The position numbers and the translations under genes are program-made. Below the pieces are notes generated by a model. That model did not search any database. It was not told the DNA's origin and worked only from the letters and a program-made list of their open reading frames with translations. Positions 30,318 to 40,423 of a DNA stretch of 64,000 bases are shown here, piece by piece. The stretch comes from Candidatus Bathyarchaeia archaeon. GTDB taxonomy: Archaea > Thermoproteota > Bathyarchaeia > Bathyarchaeales > Bathycorpusculaceae. The stretch covers positions 1 through 64,000 of the forward strand of contig JBEKGO010000007.1 of NCBI GenBank assembly GCA_050012755.1, given 5' to 3'. The first letter of the stretch is position 1. Each line of letters begins with the position of its first letter.

Positions 30318-31309
30318 ACGATTTCCAAAAACTAATTCAAATTTTAGACCAAAGTGATGCAGCTTTTGTCCTTTTGTTATGCCACCGTAGTGCAGACGCA
30401 GATGCAATATGTTCAGCTTATGCGTTGCAATGTTTGCTGAAACGGTTCAAACCCGACGTTGTAACTGAGATTGGGTGCCCCCAAGGCATCAACAAACCAT
30501 CTAAAGTGCTTCTTGAACATATGTCCATCACAGTCAATCTCAAGCCCAACATAGAATCAGCAGACGTCATAGTACTCCTAGACCTAAACACCATTGACCA
30601 ACTAGACGAGGTTGCAGAAACCATAAAGAAGTCTAAGGCACCAAAAATCATAATTGACCACCATTATCCAAATCCAGAAACAACAAAAATCTGTAAACTA
30701 TGCATAATAGACCAGAAAGCAGCAGCCAACTGCGAAATAATCTACAGGCTTTATCTGCAAGCTAAAGCTAAACCAGACAACAACGAGGCTAAAGCGTTGT
30801 TTGTTGGAATAGCTTTTGACACCCGTCATTTTGCTTTGGCATCATCAGCTACATTGCAAATTATTGGCAAATTGGTCACTTCCGGGATAGATGCACAGGA
30901 AACGCTGGCAACGTTTGCACTGCCTATAGACATTTCTGAGCGGCTAGCAAAGTTGAAAGCTTGCAAAAGAGCTAAAATAATAAGAATCAACGACTGGATA
31001 ATTGCGCTGTCCCATGTTAGTGCCTACCAAGCGTCAGCAGCTAAAGCCCTAATCGATTTAGGAGCTCATGTGTCAGCTGTCGCAGGATTAAAAAACGGGA
31101 AAATCGAAATCAGCCTACGTAGCACTCGCCAGTTTACTGAGAAGACAGGCGTAAATTTGGGAAAGGATATTGCAGCGCCACTAGGTGAGTGGTTACAGGG
31201 AGTCGGCGGAGGACACGCCATGGCGGCAGGAGTAAGCGGCAAAGGCGAAATAGAACCAACACTTAAGCAGTGTCTTTTGCTGTTGAAAAAAGACCTTAAA
31301 CACTCATAA
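30314..31309 (+). CDS. DHH family phosphoesterase
   Basis: HRSADADA, IIDHH, SLRS, GGGHAMAAG. Confidence 0.92.
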   Translation: MNDFQKLIQILDQSDAAFVLLLCHRSADADAICSAYALQCLLKRFKPDVVTEIGCPQGINKPSKVLLEHMSITVNLKPNIESADVIVLLDLNTIDQLDEVAETIKKSKAPKIIIDHHYPNPETTKICKLCIIDQKAAANCEIIYRLYLQAKAKPDNNEAKALFVGIAFDTRHFALASSATLQIIGKLVTSGIDAQETLATFALPIDISERLAKLKACKRAKIIRINDWIIALSHVSAYQASAAKALIDLGAHVSAVAGLKNGKIEISLRSTRQFTEKTGVNLGKDIAAPLGEWLQGVGGGHAMAAGVSGKGEIEPTLKQCLLLLKKDLKHS

Positions 31310-31653
31310 CAGACGGATTAAAAGCCTATTACACGGCAGGTGTGGAAATCTATCCAGCAACCAACCATATCAAAAGCATCAAATTTACAAGCGCAATAAA
31401 CAACAATAACAAGATGGAAAGGATGAACGGTGAAATCCGAGATAGAGAAATCGTCATGCGAGGACTAAAAACAAAAGATACAGCAATTCTAACAGGTTAT
31501 CAACTATTTCACAATTACTTTAGACCACATGAAGGTTTAGATGGAAAAACTCCTAGTGAAGCGTGTGGAATAACCATAGAAGGCGAAAACAAGTGGAAAA
31601 CCTTGATAGAGAATGCTAGCAAAAGCTCATTAAGCAAAACAAGTAATAATTGA
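31303..31653 (+). pseudogene. 5'-truncated IS6-like DDE transposase
   Basis: The 31342 ORF frame extends upstream to LITDGLKAY (second D); NNKMERMNG (E); HNYFRPH.GL.GKTP. Confidence 0.8.
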
Positions 31654-31659
31654 AAATCT

Positions 31660-32091
31660 ATGGTCTCTCCCGTTGATATGATTCCAGTTTTATCCACATT
31701 CTCAGTGGTTGGCTTTGCCATCACATTTAGCCTTCCAGAAATCCTAAAGTCAGCGAAAGATTTCCCTAACGAGCGACTTATGAGCAGTTACATTCGATTT
31801 GTTATTTCTTTCGAAGGTTGGGGTTTTTTAACGCTGGAATTTCTTTCATTGTTATTCATGATTTCAGGTTCATTCTGTCTCTTCTTTTATATTATGCCAT
31901 TACCTTTCTTAGTGACAATAGCTTTATCCCTTGAGATAATTTCTGTTTTCGGCGTAATTATGATTATAATTTCGGCTATTCTTCAGTCCGCTTTTTTTAT
32001 TCGTTCAAAAGAAGTTACCGAGATATTGCGACTGAGAACTGAAGTACAGACAAAACTACAAAAGGCGAAAGACCAAAACTCCGAGCAGTAG
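31660..32091 (+). CDS. hypothetical 3-TM membrane protein (IS passenger)
   Basis: T-rich hydrophobic ORF 6 nt after the transposase stop. Confidence 0.6.
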   Translation: MVSPVDMIPVLSTFSVVGFAITFSLPEILKSAKDFPNERLMSSYIRFVISFEGWGFLTLEFLSLLFMISGSFCLFFYIMPLPFLVTIALSLEIISVFGVIMIIISAILQSAFFIRSKEVTEILRLRTEVQTKLQKAKDQNSEQ

Positions 32092-32244
32092 ACTCAATAA
32101 GAATGCATTTGGTGTAGTCATGTAAAGGTATCAACCGAAATTTCACATGAACCCCATTTCAACCGAAGAGTTCACAGAACCTTAAGAAAGCAAATAGCCA
32201 AAAATGCGTAGTTACGCTTAAATGAGCAAACTCTTACGCTTAAG

Positions 32245-33114
32245 GTGAGCAGGCACAAAAAATTGGCTATAATTGAAACAAAAAACCTCACCTACACCTA
32301 TCCGGGCGCATCTAAACCATCAATTTTAGATGTCTCCTTTAAGGTGGAGAAAGGAGAGTTTGTTTTAATTACTGGGCCAAGCGGCTGCGGCAAAACAACT
32401 TTGTGCCGATGCTTCAATGGGTTAGTACCGCACTTTTATCAGGGCGAGTTAAAAGGCGAAATCTCTGTTGCAGGTGTAGACCCGCTTAAATGTCACACTT
32501 ACGAGATGGCTCAGCATGTTGGTTTGGTTTTTCAGAACCCAGAAAACCAGTTATTCGCACTCTCAGTTGAGAAAGATGTTGCTTTTGGTCTGGAAAATGT
32601 TGGAGTTCCCCGAGATGAAATCCGAAAAAAAGTCGACTATGCGCTAAACTTAACAGGCATTTATGATTTACGGGAACGTTCACCTCATGAGATTTCAGGT
32701 GGACAACAGCAGCGGGTTGCAATAGCATCCGTTTTGGCGATGGAGCCTGAAATCATCGTTTTGGATGAGCCAACATCCTTTTTGGATCCGTTAAGTGCAG
32801 AAAAAATTTTTGAAGTAATTAATGACTTAAACAAAAAACAGGGAATTACTGTTATCCTTGTCGAGCATCGATTGGATTTAACGGCAAAATACGCAAATCA
32901 CCTAATCGTTATGGACGAAGGAAAAGTCCGATTCGAAGGAAATCCAAGAGAAATTCTCGCCGCAGATGAAACTCGATTAATCGGCGTCGGAATCCCAAAA
33001 GCAACCTTGCTCTACCAAATGCTGAAAAAGGACGGCTTAAACCTCAGCGGCACAACGCCTTTGTCGTCTGAAGAATTGGCTGACCAACTGCTGGAGGCAT
33101 TAACGCCCAAATGA
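32245..33114 (+). CDS. ECF transporter ATPase (EcfA)
   Basis: GPSGCGKT, FQNPENQ, SGGQQQR, LDEP. Confidence 0.93.
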   Translation: MSRHKKLAIIETKNLTYTYPGASKPSILDVSFKVEKGEFVLITGPSGCGKTTLCRCFNGLVPHFYQGELKGEISVAGVDPLKCHTYEMAQHVGLVFQNPENQLFALSVEKDVAFGLENVGVPRDEIRKKVDYALNLTGIYDLRERSPHEISGGQQQRVAIASVLAMEPEIIVLDEPTSFLDPLSAEKIFEVINDLNKKQGITVILVEHRLDLTAKYANHLIVMDEGKVRFEGNPREILAADETRLIGVGIPKATLLYQMLKKDGLNLSGTTPLSSEELADQLLEALTPK

Positions 33115-33938
33115 TCGAAGCAGAAAACGTTCACTTTTCTTACCCAAACAAAGTGGAAGCGTTAAAGGGCGTCTCAATCACTATTAAAGACGGCGAATTC
33201 GTCGCCATTATGGGGCAAAACGGCGCGGGAAAATCAACATTTGTCAAGCATTTTAACGGTCTTTTGAAGCCTTCTTCAGGAACTGTACGGGCAGATGGGG
33301 TTGAAACAACCAAAACCAGTGTGGCAACCCTAGCCAGAAACGTCGGTTTTGTTTTTCAGAATCCAGACCATCAATTATTCAGCGAGACAGTGGAAGATGA
33401 AATTGCATTTGCACTAAAGAATTTTGGTTTTGAACCAAAAGTAATTGAAGACCGAGTTACTTGGGCTTTGAATCTTTTATCTTTAACTCAGTACCGCAAA
33501 ACCTCGCCTTTCCTTCTCAGTGGCGGCGAACGGAAACGTGTTGCTTTGGCTTCCGTTTTGGCTTGGGATCCAAAAACTTTGATTTTGGATGAACCTACAA
33601 TCGGTCAAGATCACGAGCAGAAGGAAATCTTGCGTCAGTTCATTTTGCAGTTGCAGACGCAGGGAAAAACTGTGGTTATTGTTACGCATGATGTTGAGTT
33701 TGTGGCGGAGAGCAATCCAAGGGTTGTCTTGATGAAGGAAGGCAAAATCTTGGCTGACGGCATTGGAAAAGATATTCTAACCGACCCAGCGCTATTGGAA
33801 ATGTCGTCTATTGTTCTGCCACAGATAGCACAATTATTCATGAAACTCTCGCCCCTGGGGCTCCCCAAAAACATTATTGACATTTACGAAGCTAAAGAAA
33901 TAATTTTGAAAGCAAAGGAGAGCAAAAATCCGAAATGA
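33111..33938 (+). CDS. ECF transporter ATPase (EcfA')
   Basis: GQNGAGKS, FQNPDHQ, LSGGERKR, LDEP. Confidence 0.93.
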   Translation: MIEAENVHFSYPNKVEALKGVSITIKDGEFVAIMGQNGAGKSTFVKHFNGLLKPSSGTVRADGVETTKTSVATLARNVGFVFQNPDHQLFSETVEDEIAFALKNFGFEPKVIEDRVTWALNLLSLTQYRKTSPFLLSGGERKRVALASVLAWDPKTLILDEPTIGQDHEQKEILRQFILQLQTQGKTVVIVTHDVEFVAESNPRVVLMKEGKILADGIGKDILTDPALLEMSSIVLPQIAQLFMKLSPLGLPKNIIDIYEAKEIILKAKESKNPK

Positions 33939-34717
33939 GTGTTTTTGACGGCTTAAGGTTTAGGAAAGTTTACTCTCCGATCCACAATCTAGACCCTAGA
34001 ATAAAATTTGTCTATGTGATCTCAATTTTCGTTGTTGCCATTCTATTCTCGCAAATTATACCTCTGCTACTGCTCTTCCTCTTGCAGGTTCCTTTTGTTT
34101 TGTTGGCTAGAGTTCAGAGACAGTGGCTTCGTTCCCTTCGAGGAGCAGCTTTTTTGGCAGCACTCATCTTCGTCATCAACATTGCAACATCCTATTTTAC
34201 TTCAGGCTACAGAATAACGGCTCTCAGCGTAGAGAACTCTGCCTCATTGACACTACGTTTCGTTGTGCTTGTGGAGTCCTTCTCAGTTTTCTTCCTCACC
34301 ACTTCCCCAGACCATTTAGGCTTAGCTTTGGAAGAATCGAAAGTGCCTTATGAGTTTGCTTTCGCCTTCACCACTGCAGTGCGGTTTGTTCCAGTTTTGG
34401 CGGAGGAAGCCCAGACAATTATGGATGCACAGAAAGCAAGAGGACTTGAGCTAGAGAAGGGCGGGCTACTCAAGAGAATTAGAAATTATGTGCCTGTCCT
34501 GATTCCCTTGATTGTTAGCGCTATACGCAGAAGTTTGGAGTTGGCGGAGGCTATGGAATCTCGGGCATGGGGAGCAACGAAGAAACGGACAAATCTCTAT
34601 GCGTTGAAGCTGCATCGTGGAGATTATGCTTTGCTAGCAATCAGTGCCGGAATTTTAGCAATAGCTATTTATACTCATTTTTTTGTGACTGTTCCGACCA
34701 TAACCAGTTTAATATGA
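33935..34717 (+). CDS. ecfT: ECF transporter transmembrane component EcfT
   Basis: LDPRIK, AQKARG, AMESR motifs. Confidence 0.92.
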   Translation: MSVFDGLRFRKVYSPIHNLDPRIKFVYVISIFVVAILFSQIIPLLLLFLLQVPFVLLARVQRQWLRSLRGAAFLAALIFVINIATSYFTSGYRITALSVENSASLTLRFVVLVESFSVFFLTTSPDHLGLALEESKVPYEFAFAFTTAVRFVPVLAEEAQTIMDAQKARGLELEKGGLLKRIRNYVPVLIPLIVSAIRRSLELAEAMESRAWGATKKRTNLYALKLHRGDYALLAISAGILAIAIYTHFFVTVPTITSLI

Positions 34718-34865
34718 AATTGAAATGTTACCAAAATGCTGGAGTTAGGACAGAAGTAAGCTCAAATAACTGTGCATCTCCTAAAGTGTTAGCTATTTTT
34801 TTACATTGAGACAAAGAAAAGGTTTAAAAATGCCATTTTTTCCCTAGCATTCGGAGTTTCCATGC

Positions 34866-35294
34866 TTGAGCTTTCAATTTAGTGATTCTTTTACATTGAC
34901 ATTGTCGGTTGTTGCAGTATTTTTACTAGTTTTAGGGCTACCTCTTGTCAAGGGCATAGACACTAAAAAAAACCTTACTAGACACGGAATCTTAACGATA
35001 GTTGCATTGGGGTTGCAGACTGTTCTGATCTTTGTAATTATGGTTCCTTCTTTCGTTGACCATTTTGGCGAGATTGTTTCTCTTCAGCCAACGTTTTCAA
35101 TTAATATTTGGCTTCACGTTGTTTTGGGCTCATTGGCTCTTATCTCAGGATTTTTCTACGTCGGTTTGTGGCTCAGCCTTTATTCTTCTGGGCTCAGATG
35201 TGCAAGAGCAAAAAAGTACATGATGCCAACATTGATTATTTGGATAATAGCAATTATCAACGGAGCACTAATTTTCCTATTAGGAATGCTATAA
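34866..35294 (+). CDS. 4-TM membrane protein (DUF420-like)
   Basis: Four TMs with two His (RHG, WLH). Confidence 0.65.
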   Translation: MSFQFSDSFTLTLSVVAVFLLVLGLPLVKGIDTKKNLTRHGILTIVALGLQTVLIFVIMVPSFVDHFGEIVSLQPTFSINIWLHVVLGSLALISGFFYVGLWLSLYSSGLRCARAKKYMMPTLIIWIIAIINGALIFLLGML

Positions 35295-35366
35295 AATAAT
35301 CTACATCTTATTTTTTTGAGGGGAAAACGATATTGACAACTTGTCGCACACTTATGACTGAATAAG

Positions 35367-36248
35367 ATGACAGAGCAAACTCGTTTTGGTCCAGCTGGAG
35401 TACCGCCTATGTTTAGGCTAATGGGAGCAACAACATTTGACGTGCCAAAGCTACTGCGCGAAGAAGGTTTAGACGCTTTCGAGTATGAAGCGGTTCAGTG
35501 GGGTCAAAAACCACAAATAAAACAGGAACATGCACAAAAAATCGGCGAAGAAACGAGAAAAAACGATGTTAGACTTAGCATGCATGGCTCATACTTCATT
35601 AACTTGGCAGGTAAGCAGGACGTTGTAGAAGCGAGCAAACGACGTTTGATTGCATGCGCAACAGCCGCCGACTGGATGGGAGCATACGTCTTAGTTTTTC
35701 ACACCGGCTTTCATGGACGCTTTGAAAAAGAGTTTGCCTTCAAAACATGCCTTGATGCAATCAAAGATGTTAGTGCTGAAATGCACAGCCTTGGTTTGAA
35801 GGTGAAGCTGGGTCCCGAAACTATGGGAAGAAAATTTCAAGTCGGAAGCCTAGACGAAATTTTAACTATCAACGAGCAAGTGGAGAACACACAACTTGTC
35901 ATTGATTGGGGGCACTTGCATGCAAGAGAGCTGGGCGCCTTGAAGAAAGTTGAGGATTTTCGGGCAATCGCTGAAAAAGTTGAACAGCAGCTTGGAACCG
36001 AAGCCCTCAGAAGCATGCATTGCCACTTCTCAGCTATCGAGTTTAACAGCCAAGGAGAAAAAGAACACCATACGCTTGACGAGAAAAGGTATGGACCTGA
36101 CTTTAGATTACTGGCTGAAGTAATTACAGACTTTCAAATGCATCCGACGATAATATGCGAAACACCAAATCTCGATGTGGATGCAAGAAAAATGCAAGCC
36201 ATTCTTAAGGATGTAATAGAAAGCAAGGCTCAAAAACCTCAACCATAA
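35367..36248 (+). CDS. endonuclease IV (Nfo)-like TIM barrel
   Basis: HGSYFINL, VFH.G, PETMG, DWGH, HCHFS, E.EH, ICE. Confidence 0.88.
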   Translation: MTEQTRFGPAGVPPMFRLMGATTFDVPKLLREEGLDAFEYEAVQWGQKPQIKQEHAQKIGEETRKNDVRLSMHGSYFINLAGKQDVVEASKRRLIACATAADWMGAYVLVFHTGFHGRFEKEFAFKTCLDAIKDVSAEMHSLGLKVKLGPETMGRKFQVGSLDEILTINEQVENTQLVIDWGHLHARELGALKKVEDFRAIAEKVEQQLGTEALRSMHCHFSAIEFNSQGEKEHHTLDEKRYGPDFRLLAEVITDFQMHPTIICETPNLDVDARKMQAILKDVIESKAQKPQP

Positions 36249-36275
36249 TCGATTAGACAGTATTATAAAGCCCAA

Positions 36276-36893
36276 TCAAGTATTTTTCATGGCTAGTAAC
36301 CGCTCGGCTAAGTGTAGCTCTTCCACTGTGTTTATGTTTACGGCTAATTCGGGTAAATCAAGTAGGAAGATATCTTGATCAAGCCATTCATCGCCATACC
36401 GTTTATGCCCATTAATGACATTGATGCCGACGGGAACAACTTCTTTGTTATCGATTTTGAAGGAGTATTCAATACTCATGCAAAGCTTTGTTTTGGTTTC
36501 AAGCGGAACTGCAACGGTCAGTGCTGGTTTGCCGCAACGCTCGTAACGTTCAATGATGGCATCTAACGCTTGGCTTGTAACCAGTGGCAAATCGGCTGCA
36601 ATGGCTAAGAAAACTCCGAGTTTGAGGTTTTGACTGGCATAACCCATGTCAGAAACATAGTCCTTTCCCGGTGTTTCTAAGACTTTGACTGGGAACTGGC
36701 TAAGGTACTTGGCAGTTTTAGGCGTGCAACCAGTCACAGCAACAACGATGGAATCGATCTTGTTGGAATTTTTCAATGCTGCAATCACGTATTCGATGAC
36801 TGGTTTCCCACAGATTTTGATGAGCGGTTTTTCTTCGGCGAGATGCATACGGGTTCCTTTGCCGCCTGCCATAACAAGTGCTGTTACGCCCAT
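36276..36893 (-). CDS. cobY: adenosylcobinamide-phosphate guanylyltransferase CobY
   Basis: MAGGKGTRM..EKP, ADLPL, NINT; start ATG 36893 overlaps the cobS end. Confidence 0.85.
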   Translation of the reverse strand: MGVTALVMAGGKGTRMHLAEEKPLIKICGKPVIEYVIAALKNSNKIDSIVVAVTGCTPKTAKYLSQFPVKVLETPGKDYVSDMGYASQNLKLGVFLAIAADLPLVTSQALDAIIERYERCGKPALTVAVPLETKTKLCMSIEYSFKIDNKEVVPVGINVINGHKRYGDEWLDQDIFLLDLPELAVNINTVEELHLAERLLAMKNT

Positions 36894-37663
36894 GCAACCG
36901 CCGCCAACAAAACAATCACACAAACCATCCGCGTTATCTCGTTTGTTGCTCCGAACACGTCGCCTGTAACTCCGTTGAAGTTCCCATGTGCAACAGCAGT
37001 CATGATTAAACCTGTGATTACAGCTGCCAAAACAACGAAAATGCCTGCCCAACGCAGTAAAGGAAAGGCAATTACCAACGAAATTATTAACGCAACAATC
37101 AGTCGCAAATCGCCTTTGCCGCTGTGCATGGCTTCTAGAAATGGCGAGTTCATTCCTTCGTGGACTGATTTTCCTGCCCGAGCCATAACCACCATGGAGA
37201 GCTTTGCTGAAAGTTCAATAACAACGACGCCGCCGATTATTAGGCTAAGATTCAACAGACCAACAGAACTATTGTTCAACTGGCCAATAGCTAAAGCCGT
37301 AATCAGTATAGTCATGATTCCTAAGGTTAAACCGCCTGCGCCCGTTAACTGGTCATGCATAACCTCAATTTTATGCTCAGATGTACCATGAGCCATAATT
37401 CCATCGCCAAAATCTAGCAAGCCGTCGGTGTGGTGAAGCCCAGTAATCAACAGAAGCAAAGCCAACACTAAACCGCCTACAACTATGCCTGGCAAAAAAT
37501 AGTACGCAACCCACCCAAACACTCCAGCCAACAAACCGATAAAGGCGCCTATTAAAGGAAAAAACCACATGTACTTGGCGCAGTCAGTGAGCATGTCTTT
37601 ATCCATTGCTACTGGAAAGATGGTTAGGAAAGAAAAAAGATTCTTTAACTCTTTAACAACCAA
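36884..37663 (-). CDS. cobS: cobamide synthase CobS
   Basis: FLTIFP, TGLHHTDGLLDFGDG, MHD...GAGG, GVTGDVFGA.NE. Confidence 0.92.
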   Translation of the reverse strand: MVVKELKNLFSFLTIFPVAMDKDMLTDCAKYMWFFPLIGAFIGLLAGVFGWVAYYFLPGIVVGGLVLALLLLITGLHHTDGLLDFGDGIMAHGTSEHKIEVMHDQLTGAGGLTLGIMTILITALAIGQLNNSSVGLLNLSLIIGGVVVIELSAKLSMVVMARAGKSVHEGMNSPFLEAMHSGKGDLRLIVALIISLVIAFPLLRWAGIFVVLAAVITGLIMTAVAHGNFNGVTGDVFGATNEITRMVCVIVLLAAVAWA

Positions 37664-37670
37664 GCTCGTC

Positions 37671-38771
37671 TCACTTCAAACCCATCAAAGAGGCATAATT
37701 GCGTTCAATCTCTTTAAGCAATAGGTCTTTTGTTACTGCCCCGCCAAGTTTAGCCATCGCTGCTATGGAAGCGCCGCCTGCACCAACACCTTCTTTCACA
37801 AGCCCAGTCTCGTAAATCTGCAAACCTGGAAAACGTGAACAAGTAAAATTTAAGTCAGCGGCTAAAACTGGGACGTCACAGAACTGGGAAACTATACCTT
37901 TGAGGTCAGAGGATTTATCTTTTGCAATCCATCTCGTCGTGCCAACCGCGACGTTGCAGAGTACATCAGGGTTCAAGGCGTTGACAATGGCTAAAATTGC
38001 ACTCATCTGAGTTCCACCAGCCATAAGCACAGGAACCTGCGAAGCTGCACCAACCACTAAGCCTGAGAAAGCAGCCATCATCGGGTCGCCAACACATGAA
38101 ATGGCTCTAACGGGATTTTTTGCTAAACTGCCAAAACTCTCGCCCGCAGCCGTTAAGCCTGCTCTAACAGTTTCAGCCTTCAAACTATGCGGGTTCTCGG
38201 GCAACGTGCTGCTTACTTTTCCTTCAGCTTTCACGCCTAAAGCAGATAATACGCCAAGAGCGGTTGTGGTTCCGCCTGGGATGCTTTCGCCAATCACAAG
38301 ATAATCAACAGCCTTAGCTAAGTGGAGTCCAGCAATTTTCGCTCGCTCAATAACTTCTGCAACGTTGTCAACCGAGTTGCCTGTTCGTATGTCTCTTCCT
38401 GGACTTCCGCCGAAGTCTAGAAAAGGAATTTGTGGTTTCACTTTCACTCCGCCACTAGCAATCAGCACCGGAATGTCAGCTAAATGCAGAGCCGACATAG
38501 TTATGAGGGCTGGTGTCGGGATCCCGTCAGGAGTTATAGGCACTCCGGCAATTGATTTGCAGCGTCCAAGCAGAAGCAATTCAGCGTCGGCTGGTGGAGT
38601 GTAATCGGTGAATTCTGGGTTTGCTCCAGCCGCTGATATGCCTGAGATTTTGCCGGTTTCTGTTGTGCCGATTGTGCAGATGAAAAGGGGGTTTTTGCCT
38701 TCGATTTCTTCGAGGAAAGCTTTCGCTTTCAACGGGTTATTAGCTATTAGAACGTCAAGTGATGTACTCAT
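37671..38771 (-). CDS. cobT: archaeal CobT base phosphoribosyltransferase
   Basis: GISAAG, TPPADAE, PTPALIT, GESIPGGTTTA, GDPM, AGGTQM, KEGVGAGG. Confidence 0.9.
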   Translation of the reverse strand: MSTSLDVLIANNPLKAKAFLEEIEGKNPLFICTIGTTETGKISGISAAGANPEFTDYTPPADAELLLLGRCKSIAGVPITPDGIPTPALITMSALHLADIPVLIASGGVKVKPQIPFLDFGGSPGRDIRTGNSVDNVAEVIERAKIAGLHLAKAVDYLVIGESIPGGTTTALGVLSALGVKAEGKVSSTLPENPHSLKAETVRAGLTAAGESFGSLAKNPVRAISCVGDPMMAAFSGLVVGAASQVPVLMAGGTQMSAILAIVNALNPDVLCNVAVGTTRWIAKDKSSDLKGIVSQFCDVPVLAADLNFTCSRFPGLQIYETGLVKEGVGAGGASIAAMAKLGGAVTKDLLLKEIERNYASLMGLK

Positions 38772-38772
38772 T

Positions 38773-39459
38773 CTACGGTTTTACCTTGCCTTTCAGCTTG
38801 ACCTCGAACTTCTTAATTTCCAAGTATCCGAAGCCGCCGTCTAGCTTGTGCTTTGCAGTTTCTAGAATTTCAATCTTTTTCTTGAAAGTAGGTCCATCAG
38901 TCACGACAGTGTGATATTCGCCACCTTCACCGCATGGATCAACGTTTCCTAGTTTGAGTATGTTGTCGTAGAAATTTTTGTCGAGCACTCTTCCAAGCCA
39001 TTCGATGCCTAGCTTTTCAAGGTTTGTTCGCACCACGGTGGCTTTGTAACCCGTTTTTAAGTAGTCAAGGTAAATCTGTTTTGTGTCACCCATCCAAAGG
39101 GGTTTTACAGGTTTTAGGCCAACTTCTTTGAGCACTCTGCCCAACCATCCTTTCTCATGTCCTGCAACTTCGTAAATGTCGCCTGTAACTAAGCCTTCGG
39201 CGCCTTTGAGCTTTAAGCTTCTGAGCGCACTTTTGAAATCGTTTTCGTAAGTTCCAGGGGTAGCTTGCTGTTTTACCAGTGGAATTCCAATTGCATCTGA
39301 CTGCGCATCCAAGATGGCGGAGGGTATCATGTGGAAGTTTGATTTTTCTTTACTCATCATCATAGTTAACAGGTTGATTACTTCGTAGCCTTGCTGGCTT
39401 GCCAGGTAGTATGCGTAGCAGCTGTCTTTGCCGCCACTCCATGATGCAACAACTTTCAT
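38773..39459 (-). CDS. DUF71/Dph6-like PP-loop ATP pyrophosphatase
   Basis: SWSGGKDS, TGDI, PLW, DPCGEGGEYHT.V.DGP; first gene of the cob operon. Confidence 0.88.
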   Translation of the reverse strand: MKVVASWSGGKDSCYAYYLASQQGYEVINLLTMMMSKEKSNFHMIPSAILDAQSDAIGIPLVKQQATPGTYENDFKSALRSLKLKGAEGLVTGDIYEVAGHEKGWLGRVLKEVGLKPVKPLWMGDTKQIYLDYLKTGYKATVVRTNLEKLGIEWLGRVLDKNFYDNILKLGNVDPCGEGGEYHTVVTDGPTFKKKIEILETAKHKLDGGFGYLEIKKFEVKLKGKVKP

Positions 39460-39771
39460 TTTGTTTTTCTCTCCTTAATTGTCACCCTCAAATATTGTTT
39501 CTTGTAAAGGGTGAATGTGAGGAATATATTTTTCAATAAAAACAAGCTGAGAGTCAGGTAAACATGAAAACAATGTTTTGATCGTCAAACTTTCAGATAA
39601 TCTGCTTTCTAATAGAATATTGTACTTTAAATCGGTTTTTTTCTCGATGATTAGCAAATTATCACACCAATTCATGGTTGGTTTATCCAACCTCTTCATA
39701 TAAGTATTAGGGTAATTAGGGGCGCGTAACGCTTAAAGCACACTTCACCTTCTAAAAACGAGGTTGAAAAA

Positions 39772-40281
39772 ATGCCCAAAGAAAATTCCACGCTCCTCGA
39801 ATTTTTAGAAAAACACGACATTTCCCTCAAAAGCCTTATCGATTGCGCACTTGAAATGTACGTTCCACATCCCGGCATAGAGACTGAAGAAAAAGCAGCT
39901 GAAATGCTAAGAGAAGAATTTCTTGATGTTCTCAACGACGTTAACGTAGCCATCCTTGAAACGGCAGCTTTCCATGCTCAAGAAGATGCAGAGAAAGGCT
40001 TGATCCCGGGACTAACGCAGGAAAGATTTAAGGGTAGACCGGGACCAGTTGCTGACGAGATTTTAGGGATAGCCATTGCCACTTATATAGGTGGAACCCG
40101 AGCAGTTTTCGAGTATGTTCGGTTTGACCAAGCCAAACCAGGGATTTTAAAGAAGTTGGGCTCAATCACAAACGACGCAATCGGAGCGTTGGTTGCAGGT
40201 GTATCATCCAATGCGTATACTCGAGCTACTAAGAATGCTAACGCAAATCAAACAAGACGAGAAGACGCAGTTTTCTATTAA
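39772..40281 (+). CDS. cobZ: alpha-ribazole phosphatase CobZ (PgpA-like)
   Basis: DVNV, ADEILG..IA.YIGG....FEY.RFD..KPGI; divergent from the cob operon. Confidence 0.8.
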   Translation: MPKENSTLLEFLEKHDISLKSLIDCALEMYVPHPGIETEEKAAEMLREEFLDVLNDVNVAILETAAFHAQEDAEKGLIPGLTQERFKGRPGPVADEILGIAIATYIGGTRAVFEYVRFDQAKPGILKKLGSITNDAIGALVAGVSSNAYTRATKNANANQTRREDAVFY

Positions 40282-40423
40282 TGGGGCAGGATAGGTAGGG
40301 TATTTCTTGGTTTTATCATTCAAGTAATAAAATTTATCTTTAAATTTATTTTTCTGGCTCTAAGTTTTGTTTTACCATAACGTTATAATACTATGTCGAT
40401 TGAGGAGTTAACGTTGGGCTTCC

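Larger units (their letters stand above)
31303..32181 (+). mobile_element. IS6-like element remnant with passenger gene and putative right terminal inverted repeat
   Basis: Transposase fragment; ...ttcacagaacc ends at 32181 (reverse complement GGTTCTGTGAA, like IS6-family ends); no left end seen. Confidence 0.55.

Noticed and set aside
36894-37052. Cys-rich N-terminal extension of CobY in the ORF track
   Set aside because: It is an alternate frame of cobS; the real start is ATG 36893
39475-39699. 74-aa ORF upstream of the cob operon as a leader peptide
   Set aside because: No motif or other support; treated as intergenic
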